Source of the DNA: Lysobacterales bacterium
GTDB lineage: Bacteria > Pseudomonadota > Gammaproteobacteria > Xanthomonadales > SZUA-5
DNA: 64,000 nt
NCBI GenBank assembly: GCA_022844165.1
Contig: JALHMH010000007.1
Location: forward strand, 64,001 to 128,000
Direction: 5' to 3'
Shown here: piece by piece, positions 62,656-64,000 of the stretch
Position numbering within the stretch: the stretch's first letter is position 1
How the letters are laid out: every line of letters begins with the position of its first letter
Notes under the pieces: generated by a model
Told to the model about the DNA's origin: nothing
Database searches by the model: none
The model's input: the letters and a program-made list of their open reading frames with translations, nothing else
Position numbers and translations under genes: made by a program

Positions 62656-64000
62656 ATGATCATCATCGACACACCCACCGTCAGCGACTGGCGCGCCGAA
62701 TATCGAGCGTTACGTGCAGCCCATCCCGGCGCCACACTGGTGCGCTACCGGCACGCGCCGCATTGGCTCGCAGACGATGCGATCGCACGCCTCGCCAAGG
62801 CCAGCGCCGCCGCCGGCGGATTGGCGATGCCGATTCCGGCTGGGTGGCTCGGCGTCGATGCGTCGGCATTGGACGATGCAGCCTTCGCGCGGTGTGCGCC
62901 AACGTCCATCCCCATCGACTGCGATCCGCCGCTATGGGTCGCTGTGCCGGTCGCAAGCGATGCCCTGTACCTGTGCGATCACGTCGTCGCCGATGTGGCA
63001 GCCGACCCGTGCCCGCCCGAGATCGGTGCATGGCTGGCAAGAATTGGCGCAACACCGCAACCGACAGTGCAAGCGGCGCGCACGCAACAACCGGTGGTAT
63101 TGCATTTGCTTCACGGCTGGGGCGGCGGCGCTGCGCGCTTCGTGCGCGATCTGGCAGGCGCCGACGCCAGCAACGCACATCTGTTGTTGCAAGCCGTCAG
63201 TTGCGAAGGGGTTCACGGCGTCGCTCTGCGTTTGATCGATGCGGCAAACGGCGCGATGTTGCGCGAATGGCCGCTGCTACCGCAAATCCGCAATATCGAG
63301 ATCGCCCACGCCGGTTACCGTGCGGTGATCGAAGACTTGGTCGCCACACACGTCATCGAGCAAGTCTGGGTTTCCTCGCTGGTTGGGCATTCTTTGGATG
63401 CGCTGGACGTGGCGCTGCCGATCCGTTGGATGGTGCACGACGCTCTGCCTTTTTGGCCGAAGCTCGATCTTGATTTTCACGATCCAGCGCTGCACTTCGA
63501 CCACACGGCGCTGGCCGAAGCGCTCGCCGGGCCGGGCCTGTTTCGAGGCATCGGCGCAGCCGACTGGATGCGTTTGCAAGAGGCCGCCACCGAGCAGTTG
63601 CTGCGCCGCCAAGCGACCATTGTCGCGCCTTCCGCGTCGGCTCGCCGCCAGTTACTGCGTGTTGCACCAACGCTGGCGCCATTGCCAGCAGCCGTGATCG
63701 CGCACGGCACCGCACCGCTGCCGCGCGTGCACTTTGCAGCGCCGACCCGCGGCAAACTCAGGTTGGTGGTCATCGGCCGACTACAAGGTGGCAAAGGCGG
63801 CGAGTTCCTGCGATCGCTATTGCCGCAGATTCTGATTCACGCCGACCTCTATCTGCTCGGCGCCGGCAAAGCGGCGCACGATTTGTTCGGCCAGCGGGGT
63901 GTGCACATCGTTCTTGACTACGAGCGCGAGCACTTGCCGCGATTGTTGGCCAGCATCGCGCCGCATGCGGCGTTGTTTCCAGGCACGGTCTCGGAGACCT
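62656..64000 (+). CDS. Glycosyltransferase, GT4-like region (runs off the right edge; not in the ORF track)
   Basis: Manual translation MIIIDTPTVSDW...VLHLLHGWGGGAARFVRDL...VHDALPFWP...VAPS..IAHG...VIGRLQGGKG...PGTVSET, open to the end of the window. Confidence 0.85.
   Translation, partial: MIIIDTPTVSDWRAEYRALRAAHPGATLVRYRHAPHWLADDAIARLAKASAAAGGLAMPIPAGWLGVDASALDDAAFARCAPTSIPIDCDPPLWVAVPVASDALYLCDHVVADVAADPCPPEIGAWLARIGATPQPTVQAARTQQPVVLHLLHGWGGGAARFVRDLAGADASNAHLLLQAVSCEGVHGVALRLIDAANGAMLREWPLLPQIRNIEIAHAGYRAVIEDLVATHVIEQVWVSSLVGHSLDALDVALPIRWMVHDALPFWPKLDLDFHDPALHFDHTALAEALAGPGLFRGIGAADWMRLQEAATEQLLRRQATIVAPSASARRQLLRVAPTLAPLPAAVIAHGTAPLPRVHFAAPTRGKLRLVVIGRLQGGKGGEFLRSLLPQILIHADLYLLGAGKAAHDLFGQRGVHIVLDYEREHLPRLLASIAPHAALFPGTVSET

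Noticed and set aside
62681-63794. Short ORF-track calls at the right end
   Set aside because: All overlap the open glycosyltransferase frame starting at 62656

Overview
A GC-rich gammaproteobacterial chromosome segment. Gene order and content (coq7, rplM-rpsI-tRNA-Gln, leuS-lptE, mrcB next to a glycosyltransferase, kinase-TPR proteins, secreted proteins ending in a D-x-x-F-x-x-G-F-E-like tail) suggest Xanthomonadales/Lysobacterales; this is inference. Most genes are housekeeping: gspE, rlmI-like, prpC, guaB, guaA, coq7, rplM, rpsI, dcd, cyclophilin, nth, leuS, lptE, MscS, ribokinase, CNT transporter, mrcB. There are two accessory blocks. (1) A ~10 kb signalling block separates guaB from guaA: PAS-GAF-GGDEF-EAL, Ser/Thr kinase-TPR, a secreted beta-propeller and an atypical HK/RR pair. 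(2) An integrase-less defence island follows tRNA-Gln. It starts with an array of ~160-bp repeats carrying the tRNA 3' end. A type I R-M operon follows, with an Abi (AbiD/AbiF-like HEPN) gene that has its own promoter and structured leader RNA, a GIY-YIG nuclease and a 45-codon remnant ORF nested in it; hsdS and hsdR each carry a 1-nt frameshift. The strongest non-coding signals are a ~200-nt multi-hairpin RNA candidate between mrcB and the glycosyltransferase, the Abi leader RNA, the tRNA-linked repeat array with GGA hairpins, and a pseudoknotted leader upstream of a TerC gene. All calls come from reading the sequence; no searches were run.
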